A stretch of DNA of 63,133 nt, filler included. It is 8 parts of 8 records of this genome, joined end to end, with 100 filler letters (N's around TTAATTAATTAA, not from the genome) between each part and the next. Parts side by side here need not be neighbours in the genome. Positions count along the whole stretch, not along the records: positions 16,149 to 22,303 come from SRR31147125_29542; positions 22,404 to 27,684 come from SRR31147125_29547; positions 27,785 to 37,613 come from SRR31147125_29566; 5 more parts are not named here. The stretch is one strand, 5' to 3'. Below are positions 21,698-32,431 of this stretch, piece after piece. The translations under genes and the position numbers were made by a program. The notes beneath the pieces are model-generated. The model worked only from the letters and a program-made list of their open reading frames with translations. It was not told the DNA's origin and made no database searches. Each line of letters begins with the position of its first letter. Position 1 is the stretch's first letter.

Positions 21698-21720
21698 GGC
21701 TGCACAGTTCCCGGTTTTAA

Positions 21721-22303
21721 TTAATTTGTTACTTCAGCAAGAACTTTGCCGGCCCGTATCTTGGGCTGTTCTTTGCTCACAACACCGAAGTTCCCTCGGG
21801 TTGCGGCCTTTTCGAGTTGGGCAACGCCGAACTGACTGAGTGTACCGAAAATGTCAGTCACCTGGCCCTTCGTGTTGCGAGTACCCATGGATGACGTGTA
21901 CAAATCCACCGGCTCATTGGTCAAAAAAGCGACGGTAATGGACCGGCCCAGAGGTTCCTGCGCCTGAAGATCAAAATTCATCCGGGCCGTTGGAATCGTG
22001 AGCTTGCCTGAGTCTACTCGGTTATCCTGTTGGTATTTATTGGGAAAAAGAACCGTTGGATTATCATCGGGTCCCACATTGACGACATTAAGGTAGCCGG
22101 ATTCGGGAATGTCCACGGTTATGACAAGCTTCCTACCGACACGGAAACGTTCACCATTGGCTGTAACGGACAGAGGATCGCTACGGCTGACAATCTCTTC
22201 CAGTCGCTGCCATACCGGCCCGTTGCTGGGTGCCGTCACCAGTCGCAGTGGTCTTGCGGCAAGGTCCCTGTTGCCGCTCAACTGAGGGTGAAAGATTTTC
22301 CCC
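21721..22303 (-). CDS. DUF4384-domain protein, 5' truncated (possibly a caspase-family fusion)
   Basis: FRVGRKLVITV...SGYLNVVNVGPDDNPTVLFPN...LTIP...PLG pattern; frame open to the contig edge (GKIFHPQLSGN). Confidence 0.75.
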
Positions 22304-22403
22304 NNNNNNNNNNNNNNNNNNNNNNNNNNNNNNNNNNNNNNNNNNNNTTAATTAATTAANNNNNNNNNNNNNNNNNNNNNNNNNNNNNNNNNNNNNNNNN
22401 NNN
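22304..22403. other. Artificial contig linker
   Basis: N44-TTAATTAATTAA-N44. Confidence 0.99.
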
Positions 22404-22528
22404 GTTCCATCAATATTTGGACAAGTAAAACCACCATTAAGTGCAATTTTAAACACTTTTTGACCATATTTGTTTTTATAATAATTATTAAGTGTGATGT
22501 AATGTTTTTCATCAGTCATTAATTTCAT
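22404..22528 (-). CDS. N-terminus of a TIGR01212 (YhcC/YtqA-like) radical SAM protein, truncated
   Basis: Translates MKLMTDEKHYITLNNYYKNKYGQKVFKIALNGGFTCPNIDG. Confidence 0.8.
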
Positions 22529-22598
22529 ATTTTCACCATTTTCATTTTATCATATTCTTATGGATATGGTATAATATTACAACGAAGGAGTTGTCGAA

Positions 22599-23387
22599 AT
22601 GTTTAAGAAAATAACAACAAGTTTATCAAAGCCACCTTTGGTTATTTTTTTTATAAAAGACGCATGGAAACATGTTGTTTTATATATACTATTTTTACCA
22701 CTCATACTTATCATTCCATCAATTGTGATATCATTTACGCAATCAGCGATGACAAATGATATGTATGATGCAGTTTATCAAAGCGTTGAGCAATCGTTTA
22801 GATTTGATGATGTCGTGTTATCAGATTATACGTTAACATATCAAGAACCGTATACAATATCGCTTGACACTTTTGATCTAAGTATTGGTCAATATGAAAA
22901 TAATACAGCCATTAGTTTTGTATTTGAAACACAAGGGGTTTCAATTTATGCACTCGGACAAGAAGTAAATTATCATAGTTATGAGTCATTGGGCATAGCA
23001 TCTATTGATTTTTCATCAACGGAATCAAAAGATATTCATGCACTTTCACTTATGATTAAAAATATTTATCAAGAACAAACATTTTTTATTATCGGAAATC
23101 TTGTATTTCAATATTTCTTATATTTATTTGACTATTTAATTATTGTACTTATTATGACGGTACTTTCTAAAATGATGTTGCCTATGGGGATGAAAGTTCC
23201 ATTTAAAACGCAATTTAAATTATCCGCATACTTATCAACTATTTATGTGTTTAGTAATTTAGTGCTTATTTTATTAGGGTTATATGCGTATAATTTTTTA
23301 AGTATTACACTTGTCTACATATATCATTTATGGGCATTTAGATCAATAAAAGTGATACCAAAAGGAGCAAGTCAAAATGGCAAATAA
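22599..23387 (+). CDS. Membrane protein, DUF1189-like
   Basis: One N-terminal TM, an extracellular loop and three C-terminal TMs; overlaps the polC start. Confidence 0.6.
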   Translation: MFKKITTSLSKPPLVIFFIKDAWKHVVLYILFLPLILIIPSIVISFTQSAMTNDMYDAVYQSVEQSFRFDDVVLSDYTLTYQEPYTISLDTFDLSIGQYENNTAISFVFETQGVSIYALGQEVNYHSYESLGIASIDFSSTESKDIHALSLMIKNIYQEQTFFIIGNLVFQYFLYLFDYLIIVLIMTVLSKMMLPMGMKVPFKTQFKLSAYLSTIYVFSNLVLILLGLYAYNFLSITLVYIYHLWAFRSIKVIPKGASQNGK

Positions 23388-26300
23388 ATTCGATGTATTT
23401 ATTCAGCAATCAAAATTTAATCATCCTGTCTTGCAACAAGCTGAACTAGAACATGTTTTTATTGATAAAAAAAGACAAGCATTTGAATTTCACATTAGTT
23501 TAGATGATGTGGTTGCGCCAGACGTTTTAATACCTTTTGTTGAACAAATTAAAACCTTTTTTATGATTACAAATATTGTGAAACAAATTGAAGTGTTTAT
23601 TGCATATAAGAAAAATGACTCACTCGAAGCATTTGCAAATAAGTATTATACATATGCGTATCAAGAACTCGCTAAATCAAAAGCAAGTTTTTTAGTATTA
23701 AAAAATTTCAAATCACAATATAAAGATCAAAAAGTTGTCGTCTTTATCGATAAGGATTCAACATATGTTAAATCTTACTTTAAAGATATTAAAAAGCTCT
23801 TAGCACAATTAGGGTTTTCATTTGATATTACTTATGACATAGATGAATCACTTTTAACAACACGTTCCAAAATATCTAAATCAATTAAAGAACAAGCAGA
23901 AGTGCTCAAACAAAGAGAGCAATTTGCACATAAAGAGCAAGTGGTTTCTGAGAAAAAATATTTCTCAAAAAAATCAAGACCCAATGCAGTATCAATTACA
24001 GAAATACCACTAGATCAATATCAACTTGATAAATACAAAAATGAAAAGGGCGATACAAATTTCTTAATTGAAGGTATTGTTTCTAAAAAAGAAGTTAGAA
24101 AACTCAAAACGACTTCACTATTAACATTTGTTTTAGGTGATGAACATGATGCAATTACAGTTAAAAAGTTTTTAAGTCGTAAAAAAGACTTTGATTTAGC
24201 TGAGCAAATTAATAATAATGAATATATTCAAGTACAAGGACGCGCAACATATGATACTTTCCAAAAAGATGTTGTTATTTTTTGTGACGCTATATATTTT
24301 ATGGATAAAGTTAAGTCAAAAGTTGAGCGTGTCGATCATGCCAAAGAAAAACGCATTGAATTTCATCTACATACAAAGATGAGTAATATGGATGGTATTG
24401 GATCTGTTAAAGACTATATTGATCAAGCGATTAAATGGGGACATGAAGCCATAGCATTTACTGATCATAATGGGTTATATGCATATCCTGATATTTATAA
24501 ACATACTAAAAACGGCAAAATTAAACCCATATATGGTGTAGAACTTGATTTTGTTGATGAAAAAGCATTTAAAATCACATCTGACTATGATCAAGAAATT
24601 ATCTTAAAAGATGCAACATATGTTGTTTTTGATGTTGAAACAACTGGGTTATCTGCAACAAGAGATAAAATTATTGAAATTGCAGCAGTTAAAGTTTCTG
24701 CATCTGAAGTCATTGAAAAATTCCAAATGTTTGTTGATCCTGAAGAACCCTTATCAGCATTTACGACATCACTGACATCAATTACTGATGAAATGGTAAA
24801 AGGGCAACCTAAAATTGATGCAGCACTACCAAAATTTCTAGATTTTGCAAGTGGCTCAATATTAGTCGCACATAATGCATTATTTGATGTCGGACATATA
24901 CGTGAACGTGCGAACGACTTAGATTTAGTATTTGATGCATCTAAAGTCATTGATACATTAAATCTTGCGAGATATTTTTATAGCGATCAACTCAAACGGT
25001 TTAACTTAAAAGCAGTCTCTAAATATTTTAAAGTAAAACAAGTAAAACATCACCGTGCAGAAGATGATGCACTCGTTACTGCGCATGTTTGGCAACAAAT
25101 GCTACAAGATTTATCGAAATTAGGTATCAAAAAATTCCAAGACATTAACGCAGCTATTGATATTGAAGAAGCGTGGAAACATGAAATGCCAAGGCATTTA
25201 AATGTTCTTGCTCAAAATCAAGCCGGTTATAAGAACTTATTTAAAGTAGTAAGTGATGCTTTAACTGATCATTTTTATAAAGGACCTAGAACATTAAAAT
25301 CTGTGCTAGAAAAACATCGTGAAGGACTCTTAATTGGTAGCGGTTGTGCAAACGGTGAAGTTTTTGAAGCAGCGATAAATAAAGGTGATGAAGATTTAGA
25401 ACGTGCGATTGCATTTTATGATTATATAGAAGTGCAGCCACCACAAGTCTATAAACATTTAAAAAGAGATTTAGGACAATATGCGGATGAAGTCATAGAA
25501 TCCATTATTACAAAAATTATAAAAACAGCAAAACATTTAAACAAGCTCGTGATTGCGACAGGCGATGTCCATTATTTGGAGAAAAAAGATGTGTTGTATC
25601 GAGAAATATATATTAGAACACCTTTAGTTGGTGGAGGTATCCACCAATTAAACAAATATGATCAAATGCCTGAACAGTATTTTTTGACAACTGATGAAAT
25701 GTTAAAATCATTTAGTTTCTTAGATGCTGATTTAGCACATGAAATTGTTGTGAAAAATACAAAAGTTTTAAATAAAAAAATTGAACATATACAAGCATTT
25801 TCTGATGAACTATATGCTATACCTGATGATGCATTTAAAGAACAATTAGGTATTGATAGCATTGCTGAAGAAGTTATACGTCTTGTAAAAAATAAAACAC
25901 ATGAACTTTATGGAGATAAACCTCATCCTATCGTTCAAAAGCGTGTTGATCGAGAATTAAACAATATTATCGAAAATAAATTTGCACCTAATTATTATGT
26001 ATCTCATCTTTTAGTAAAAAAATCTTTAGAAGATGGATATTTAGTTGGATCTAGGGGATCAGTTGGATCTTCTATAGTTGCAACACTACTTGATATAACA
26101 GAAGTAAATCCATTAAGACCACATTATCGTTGTAAAAATGGAGATTTCACAGTATTTAAACTCACAGATGAAGAAAAAGTTGAATATGGTATGACACCTG
26201 AAGAAGCGATACTTCAGGCAAATTTTGATCATGTACAATCAGGTTATGATTTAAAAACAGAAAAATGTCCAATTTGTGGAGAAACACTTGTCAAAGATGG

Positions 26301-27684
26301 ACACGATATTCCATTTGAAACATTCCTAGGTTTTAATGGTGATAAGATTCCTGATATTGATCTAAACTTCTCAGGTGATTATCAATCAATCGCACATGAG
26401 TATGTTAGAGAATTGATTGGAGAAGACCATGCATTTAGAGCAGGTACTATCCAAACAGTTGCTGAACGTAATGCATTCGGTTATGTTAAAGGTTATCTAG
26501 AAGATAAAAATCTTGTGAAAAGACCTGCACAAATTGAAAGACTTGCAAAACGTATTGAAGGCGTAAAACGTTCAACTGGACAGCATCCAGGTGGTATTGT
26601 TATTGTTCCAAAATCAAAAACTATCTATGATGTCACACCGATACAATATCCTGCAAATGATACATCATCAACATGGAAGACAACACATTTTGATTATCAT
26701 TCATTTGAAGCAAACTTACTTAAATTGGATATTCTAGGCCATGATGATCCTACCATGATCAAGTTTTTAATGGATTATGTAGAAGCACATCCTGATGAAT
26801 TCCCATTTGATAAGGCACAAGATATTCCGCTTGATGATAAACGTGTTTATCAATTATTCGGAGGTACAAAAATTATTGGTGTTGAACCAAGTGATATTTT
26901 AAGTGATGTTGCATCATATGCGATTCCAGAATTTGGAACTTCATTTACAAGACAAATGTTAATGGATACAAAACCTACATCATTTGCAGGTCTTGTTAAA
27001 ATATCTGGTCTTTCACATGGGACAGACGTATGGTTATCAAATGCACAATCATTAATTAATGGTAAAACAGAGTTTGGACATATATCATTTAATGATATTA
27101 TTGCTTGTCGTGATGATATCATGGTTCAGTTGTCACAACAAGGACTTCTACCACTAAGAGCTTTTGAGATTATGGAATTTGTGAGAAAAGGAAAACCATC
27201 GAAAGATCCAGCAAAATGGTTAACCTATGTTCAAGATATGAAGAAACATCAAGTGCCTGAATGGTATATATGGTCAGCTTCACAAATTAAATATATGTTC
27301 CCGAAAGCACATGCAACTGCATATGTCATTATGGCAATGCGCATCGCGTGGTTTAAAGTATATAAACCATTACTCTTTTATAGTGGATTCTTTTCTAAAC
27401 GTGCTTCACAATTTGACTATGAGACCATGGTTAAAGGTTCAAATGCGATTAGAAATAAATTACAAGAATTCGATAAACAGTTTAGATTAAAAGCTACTGA
27501 ACAACAACTTCATGTGACACTTGGTGTTGCACTTGAAATGACAAAACGTGGATTTAAATTCTTACCGGTAGATATTAATCGATCAGCAGCTACAACTTTC
27601 ACAATGGAAGAAGAAGGCTTACGTATGCCATTTAGCGCGATTGATGGATTAGGTCGAGCAGTCGCAGAAGATATTGTTGAAAAA
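23377..27684 (+). CDS. polC: DNA polymerase III PolC-type, 3' truncated
   Basis: PHP HLHTKMS and TDH; exonuclease FDVETTG, AHNA and HRA.DD; GSRGSVGSS; PDIDLNF; YMFPKAHA. Confidence 0.98.
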
Positions 27685-27784
27685 NNNNNNNNNNNNNNNN
27701 NNNNNNNNNNNNNNNNNNNNNNNNNNNNTTAATTAATTAANNNNNNNNNNNNNNNNNNNNNNNNNNNNNNNNNNNNNNNNNNNN
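27685..27784. other. Artificial contig linker
   Basis: N44-TTAATTAATTAA-N44. Confidence 0.99.
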
Positions 27785-29202
27785 TGTAATCGAGGCATCA
27801 GCATGTAATCCAACTGATTGCCTGTTTTAATATGTTCTGTCCACAAACAAGCCTGAACCCCCTTTACAAGTTTTTCCTGTTCTTTCGATAGGCCTTCGGG
27901 CATGGGATTTAATGCATAAACCTTTTCCAGAGGAATAACCCCTGTCATAGCCAGCGGTTCGCTCTCCATGTCGCCCTGATATTTATTGAAATACAAATGA
28001 CTGCTGGGCGTCATAACCGCCGGATATCCATTTCTAACAGCAATTTCGCCACATTCGGTTCCGTGCCAAGACATAATTACGGCATCTTCGGGCGTGTAGC
28101 CCATCATAATTTCATCCCAACCAAGAACAACTTTGTTTTTTTTATGAAGATAATCGGCGATACGTTCAATAAAATACGACTGCAATTCTTCTTCATTTTT
28201 TAGCTCCTGCTGCTTTATTTTTTGCTGGCATTTTGGGCACGTTTGCCAGCGTTCTTTGGGACATTCGTCACCACCAATATGAATTAATTGCCCGGGAAAT
28301 AACTCCACAACTTCGGCAAACACATCTTCTAAAAACTGGTAAACCTTTTCATTTCCGGCACAATATACATCGTTATAAACGCCCCATGTATTTCCTACCG
28401 AGAGTGGTTTTTGTGTACACGAAAATTCGGGATAAGCGGCTAATGCACTGGTTACGTGTCCCGGTAATTCAATTTCGGGAATAATCTCAATGTGGCGTTC
28501 TGCAGCATATTTTACTATATCACAAATCTCGTCTTGTGTATAAAATAATGGTCCATAGGTGCTTCCATTTGTTTCGGTGCGGATACTACCAACGCTTGTT
28601 AAAAGAGGATACTTTTTAATTTCAATTCGCCAGCCCTGGTCGTCAACCAAATGCCAATGTAATTTATTTAATTTGTAGAACGCCATCCAATCCAACAGTT
28701 CCTTAATTTTTTCTACTCCGAAAAAATGGCGACTCACATCAAGGTGAAGCCCGCGCCATTGAAAGCGCGGATAATCGGTAAGTTGAGCAATTGGGATATT
28801 TTCAATTCCTCTGTGAATTTCTTTTAACTGACTTAAGGTTTGTAAGGCATAATAGAAACCTGCATTCTCAGATGCAATAACTTCGATTCCATTTTTATTG
28901 ATATTCAAAGAATAAGCCTCCCTCTCATAATCTGCTGAATACTGAAGGTTTAGACCATTTTTACCATTCGGTTTTTCTTCCAGTTGAAACTCTGCAGAAT
29001 ATAAATTAAAAGTTTGTGCAGAAACCTTATTGTCTGCTGAAATAAATTCCAGTTCGCCACACTTTCCAGTTTGAACATAATTTAATTCCTGAACTTTCGG
29101 AATTACAGGGAAATTTGAATATCTCGTATTTTTTTTGTTGCATGACTCAAAGAGTATACAAGAACAAACAACCGTCATACATATTTTTATAAATTTCATC
29201 AT
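27785..29202 (-). CDS. GH20 beta-N-acetylhexosaminidase (lipoprotein), 3' truncated
   Basis: DYPRFQWRGLHLDVSRHF, HWHLVDDQGWR, PEIELPGH and HIGGDE motifs. Confidence 0.96.
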
Positions 29203-29214
29203 TCTGGAATTCGC

Positions 29215-30858
29215 TTACTTTATTTTCCTGCAACGAATTATTTTCCCTCGAATTATTACACCATTTTGCTCTGCTATGGTTCTTATCTCATAATCTTTAT
29301 CCGGATTCAGTCCTTTCAATTTAGCTTCGATAAGTTCACCATCTTTATAACTTTTTAGCTTTGTAATTTCCCATTTATCGGAGTAAATAGATTCATGAAA
29401 ACCGCCATATTCGCGGTACATAAAACCTATTTTTAGTCGCGCTGTAGCATTATTTGAGTCTATCTGGCCTTTCATTACAATCCGATCTGCAGCAATGCGT
29501 TCGGGCTCAATGGTAACAGATGAAACCGGCGCGAAAGCCGGTTCCACATTCTCTAGTTTTACCACAATCGGGTTATCCCAATCGTTAGCATTATATATGC
29601 GTTGGGCGCGTACTATCGAGATCTTTGTTCCGTTGGGTGTTGATTCGAAACTCGATTTTGGAATTACATCGCCCATGTATTCACACACCAAATCGTTTTG
29701 CCCCAGAACAGAAATTTTTGTTTCGGATGTAGTTTTTACCGAACGAAGCATAAACTCTTTACGGTCGCCGCGCTCCCACTGCGTTTTGGTAATATATGCG
29801 TATACGGTATTTTTATCCTTGTTTTTGCTTAACCAAATATTTGCTTCCTGCGAAACAATCCACGGACGAACATTATATAAGGCATCCTGATTCACAAAGT
29901 TCCATGCAGCCACTTCTCGCAAGTTTTCTTCTTCAATAATATCGATTTGGCCATTGGGTTTTGGCCCGATATTTAATACCAATGCCCCACCTTTGCAACG
30001 TGTTTCAATAAGTATTTCGATTAATCGGGTACCGTGTTTTATTTTTTTGTTGGTGGGTTTGTAGGCCCATTGATTATTCATGGTTATGCAAGCTTCCCAG
30101 GCATCTTCCTGTGCCACATCCGCAACGGTTTGCTCCGGAGAGTTTAGAGCCCCGCGTGTAATTAAAATATTGGGCTGAAGTTCCCAGCAAATTTCTTTTG
30201 CAGGAGGCCAATGCCCTCCATCGAGGAACATCATATCTATTTTTCCGTAATTGGTCAATAATTCGCGAAGTTGTGATTTTAAAAACGCGTCGTATTCGGG
30301 ACGGATTGGCTTTGTAAATTCTTCGCGGTCGCGGCGTTTTATCAACACTCCTTTGTTTTTCAGGAAAAGCCAATCTTCAGGCGAATAGTAAAAGCCAACT
30401 TTTAAACCCAAAGCACGGCAGGCATCTACATATTCTTTTACAATATCTTTTTTGTAGGGGGTGTTCATTATATTGAAGTCGGTAGTTTTTGTGTCCCACA
30501 TGCAAAAACCACTATGGTGTTTGGTAGTTAAAACCATATACTTTGCACCAGCAAGTTTTGCCAGGCGTGCATATTCGAGGGCATTAAATTTATAAGGGTT
30601 AAAAGTTTTTGGAAGGTCGTTGTAGTAACGCTTCTGATATTCGTCGGAACTCCCAACAATTGTATGGCTTATTACTGTTCCGAGCTGGCTATCCATACTC
30701 CAATGCATAAAAATACCGAAGCCGGCATCTTGCAACCACTCTTCGTGCTCTGGTTTGTTCTGGTTATAATCCGACGAAAAAGTATCTTCCTGAATTTGGG
30801 CAAAACACAATTTGCCAAGTGCGATTATTAAAAGACTAACTATAAATCTTTTACACAT
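29215..30858 (-). CDS. GH29 alpha-L-fucosidase
   Basis: FGIFMHW, TTKHHSGFCMWDT, GFYYS, FLDG and LNIGP motifs; signal peptide. Confidence 0.92.
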   Translation of the reverse strand: MCKRFIVSLLIIALGKLCFAQIQEDTFSSDYNQNKPEHEEWLQDAGFGIFMHWSMDSQLGTVISHTIVGSSDEYQKRYYNDLPKTFNPYKFNALEYARLAKLAGAKYMVLTTKHHSGFCMWDTKTTDFNIMNTPYKKDIVKEYVDACRALGLKVGFYYSPEDWLFLKNKGVLIKRRDREEFTKPIRPEYDAFLKSQLRELLTNYGKIDMMFLDGGHWPPAKEICWELQPNILITRGALNSPEQTVADVAQEDAWEACITMNNQWAYKPTNKKIKHGTRLIEILIETRCKGGALVLNIGPKPNGQIDIIEEENLREVAAWNFVNQDALYNVRPWIVSQEANIWLSKNKDKNTVYAYITKTQWERGDRKEFMLRSVKTTSETKISVLGQNDLVCEYMGDVIPKSSFESTPNGTKISIVRAQRIYNANDWDNPIVVKLENVEPAFAPVSSVTIEPERIAADRIVMKGQIDSNNATARLKIGFMYREYGGFHESIYSDKWEITKLKSYKDGELIEAKLKGLNPDKDYEIRTIAEQNGVIIRGKIIRCRKIK

Positions 30859-30888
30859 AATAAACCTTAATTTTATTTGTATAAATGA

Positions 30889-30916
30889 AGTTTACCGCAC
30901 CTTGGTGCGGTAAACT
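30889..30916 (-). terminator. Perfect hairpin after susD
   Basis: AGTTTACCGCACC-tt-GGTGCGGTAAACT. Confidence 0.65.
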
Positions 30917-30958
30917 ATCAAACTAACTAAACCTAAAACTATTTGGAATTGTAATTTT

Positions 30959-32419
30959 CTATTTTGTATCCCACCAAACTTTAGAAGCTATGATTGCAGG
31001 ATATTTCGCATTAGCAATATCATAATTATCAGAATTAAGAGAAGCCTCATTTTCTGGGTAGTCTAACCTACTTGGCATTTCACCGTTAGTATCTCCCTGA
31101 AAATAACCAGGAACACCTGTTCTACTTGGGTACTCAGGATATTTCAATCTTCTTACTTCTGACCATAATTCTGACCCCGTAAGAAATAAAGAAACCCACT
31201 TTTGCTCGGCAATTTGTTCCAACATTGCTTCATCGTCGCCGGCAAGAGTAGCAAAGTCTTGAGCTAAGAAAGCATCAACTTCGGCTGCTTCAATTCCCCA
31301 ATATTCTAATGAGGCTTTAATCCCAACTCTGTATGCTGTATTTGCTTCATTTGCATCTTTACCAACACCATTTCCAAACAAATATGCTTCTGCTTTTAAA
31401 AATTCAGTTTCAGAATGCATTAGTATGATATCTTCTAAATCTTGTTTGAACAAATTTGCAGCACTTAACTTACTGAAGTTATTATTATCAGGGAATACAG
31501 TTAAACTATTATCTACTCCGTGAATACTATCACCATTAACTGCTGGATCAGCCCAAACAGGTAATCTCGGATCATTTGTTTCCTTTAGGTACTCAACAAA
31601 AAACTTAGCCATTCTGAAAGGCTCATTTCTCATTTGATAGATTTGGTGTTCAGGTCCGGGTGTCACAAAGTTCTCAATAGTTGCTGATTGATCATGACTT
31701 GAAATTAATCCGCCAGCATGTTCCATCGCTTCTTTTGCTTTAGTGGCAGAAGTACCTGCATCAACATATCTAAGACGCATAGCCAATCTTAATTTTAAGG
31801 AATTTGCGAATCGAATCCATTTACCAACATCTCCACCATAAACTCTATCATCAGTAGGTAACTGAACTCCTGCTGAAGATTGAGACGAAAGACTTGCAAT
31901 TGCCTCATCAAGCAATACAAAACCATCTTTATAAATCGATTCCTGCGTATCGTACTTTGGATATTGAATCGCAATATCTCCAGCTTCAGAATATGGAATA
32001 TCTCCGTATAAATCAGACAATCCAGTAAACAGATATACTTTCGATATTTTCGTAATAGCCCTTACAACTATATCTACAGGTTCTGTAGCTTCTGCTGTTT
32101 GGTTAAGTACATTATTAATTGTAGGATTTAACAAATAAACTTTATTCCACGTATTGTTCCACTGACCTGCAACCAACTCTGAAACTCTATAACTGCTGTT
32201 ATTAAAAGAAAACTGTCTTGTGTACTCTGGAGCTATTTGGGTTGAAATTTGCCCCGAAGCCTTTAATGCATCAGTAATTGGTCCAAGTTGATATCGTGGC
32301 ACAACTTCATCAGACCCCACCTGAGCATTTAAGGGGTGCGTATTGTATTCATCAAAATTATCTTCACAAGAGAAGGCAATTAATGAAATTAGTAGTAAGT
32401 ATATTATATTCTTCTTCAT
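30959..32419 (-). CDS. susD: SusD/RagB-family lipoprotein
   Basis: Lipobox AFSC; DLYGDIPYSEA, W.RFANSLKLR, DPRL and QKWV motifs. Confidence 0.93.
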   Translation of the reverse strand: MKKNIIYLLLISLIAFSCEDNFDEYNTHPLNAQVGSDEVVPRYQLGPITDALKASGQISTQIAPEYTRQFSFNNSSYRVSELVAGQWNNTWNKVYLLNPTINNVLNQTAEATEPVDIVVRAITKISKVYLFTGLSDLYGDIPYSEAGDIAIQYPKYDTQESIYKDGFVLLDEAIASLSSQSSAGVQLPTDDRVYGGDVGKWIRFANSLKLRLAMRLRYVDAGTSATKAKEAMEHAGGLISSHDQSATIENFVTPGPEHQIYQMRNEPFRMAKFFVEYLKETNDPRLPVWADPAVNGDSIHGVDNSLTVFPDNNNFSKLSAANLFKQDLEDIILMHSETEFLKAEAYLFGNGVGKDANEANTAYRVGIKASLEYWGIEAAEVDAFLAQDFATLAGDDEAMLEQIAEQKWVSLFLTGSELWSEVRRLKYPEYPSRTGVPGYFQGDTNGEMPSRLDYPENEASLNSDNYDIANAKYPAIIASKVWWDTK

Positions 32420-32431
32420 GATTCCCAGGTT

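Noticed and set aside
23377-27684. Intein in PolC
   Set aside because: Length is normal and no intein splice or LAGLIDADG motifs are present
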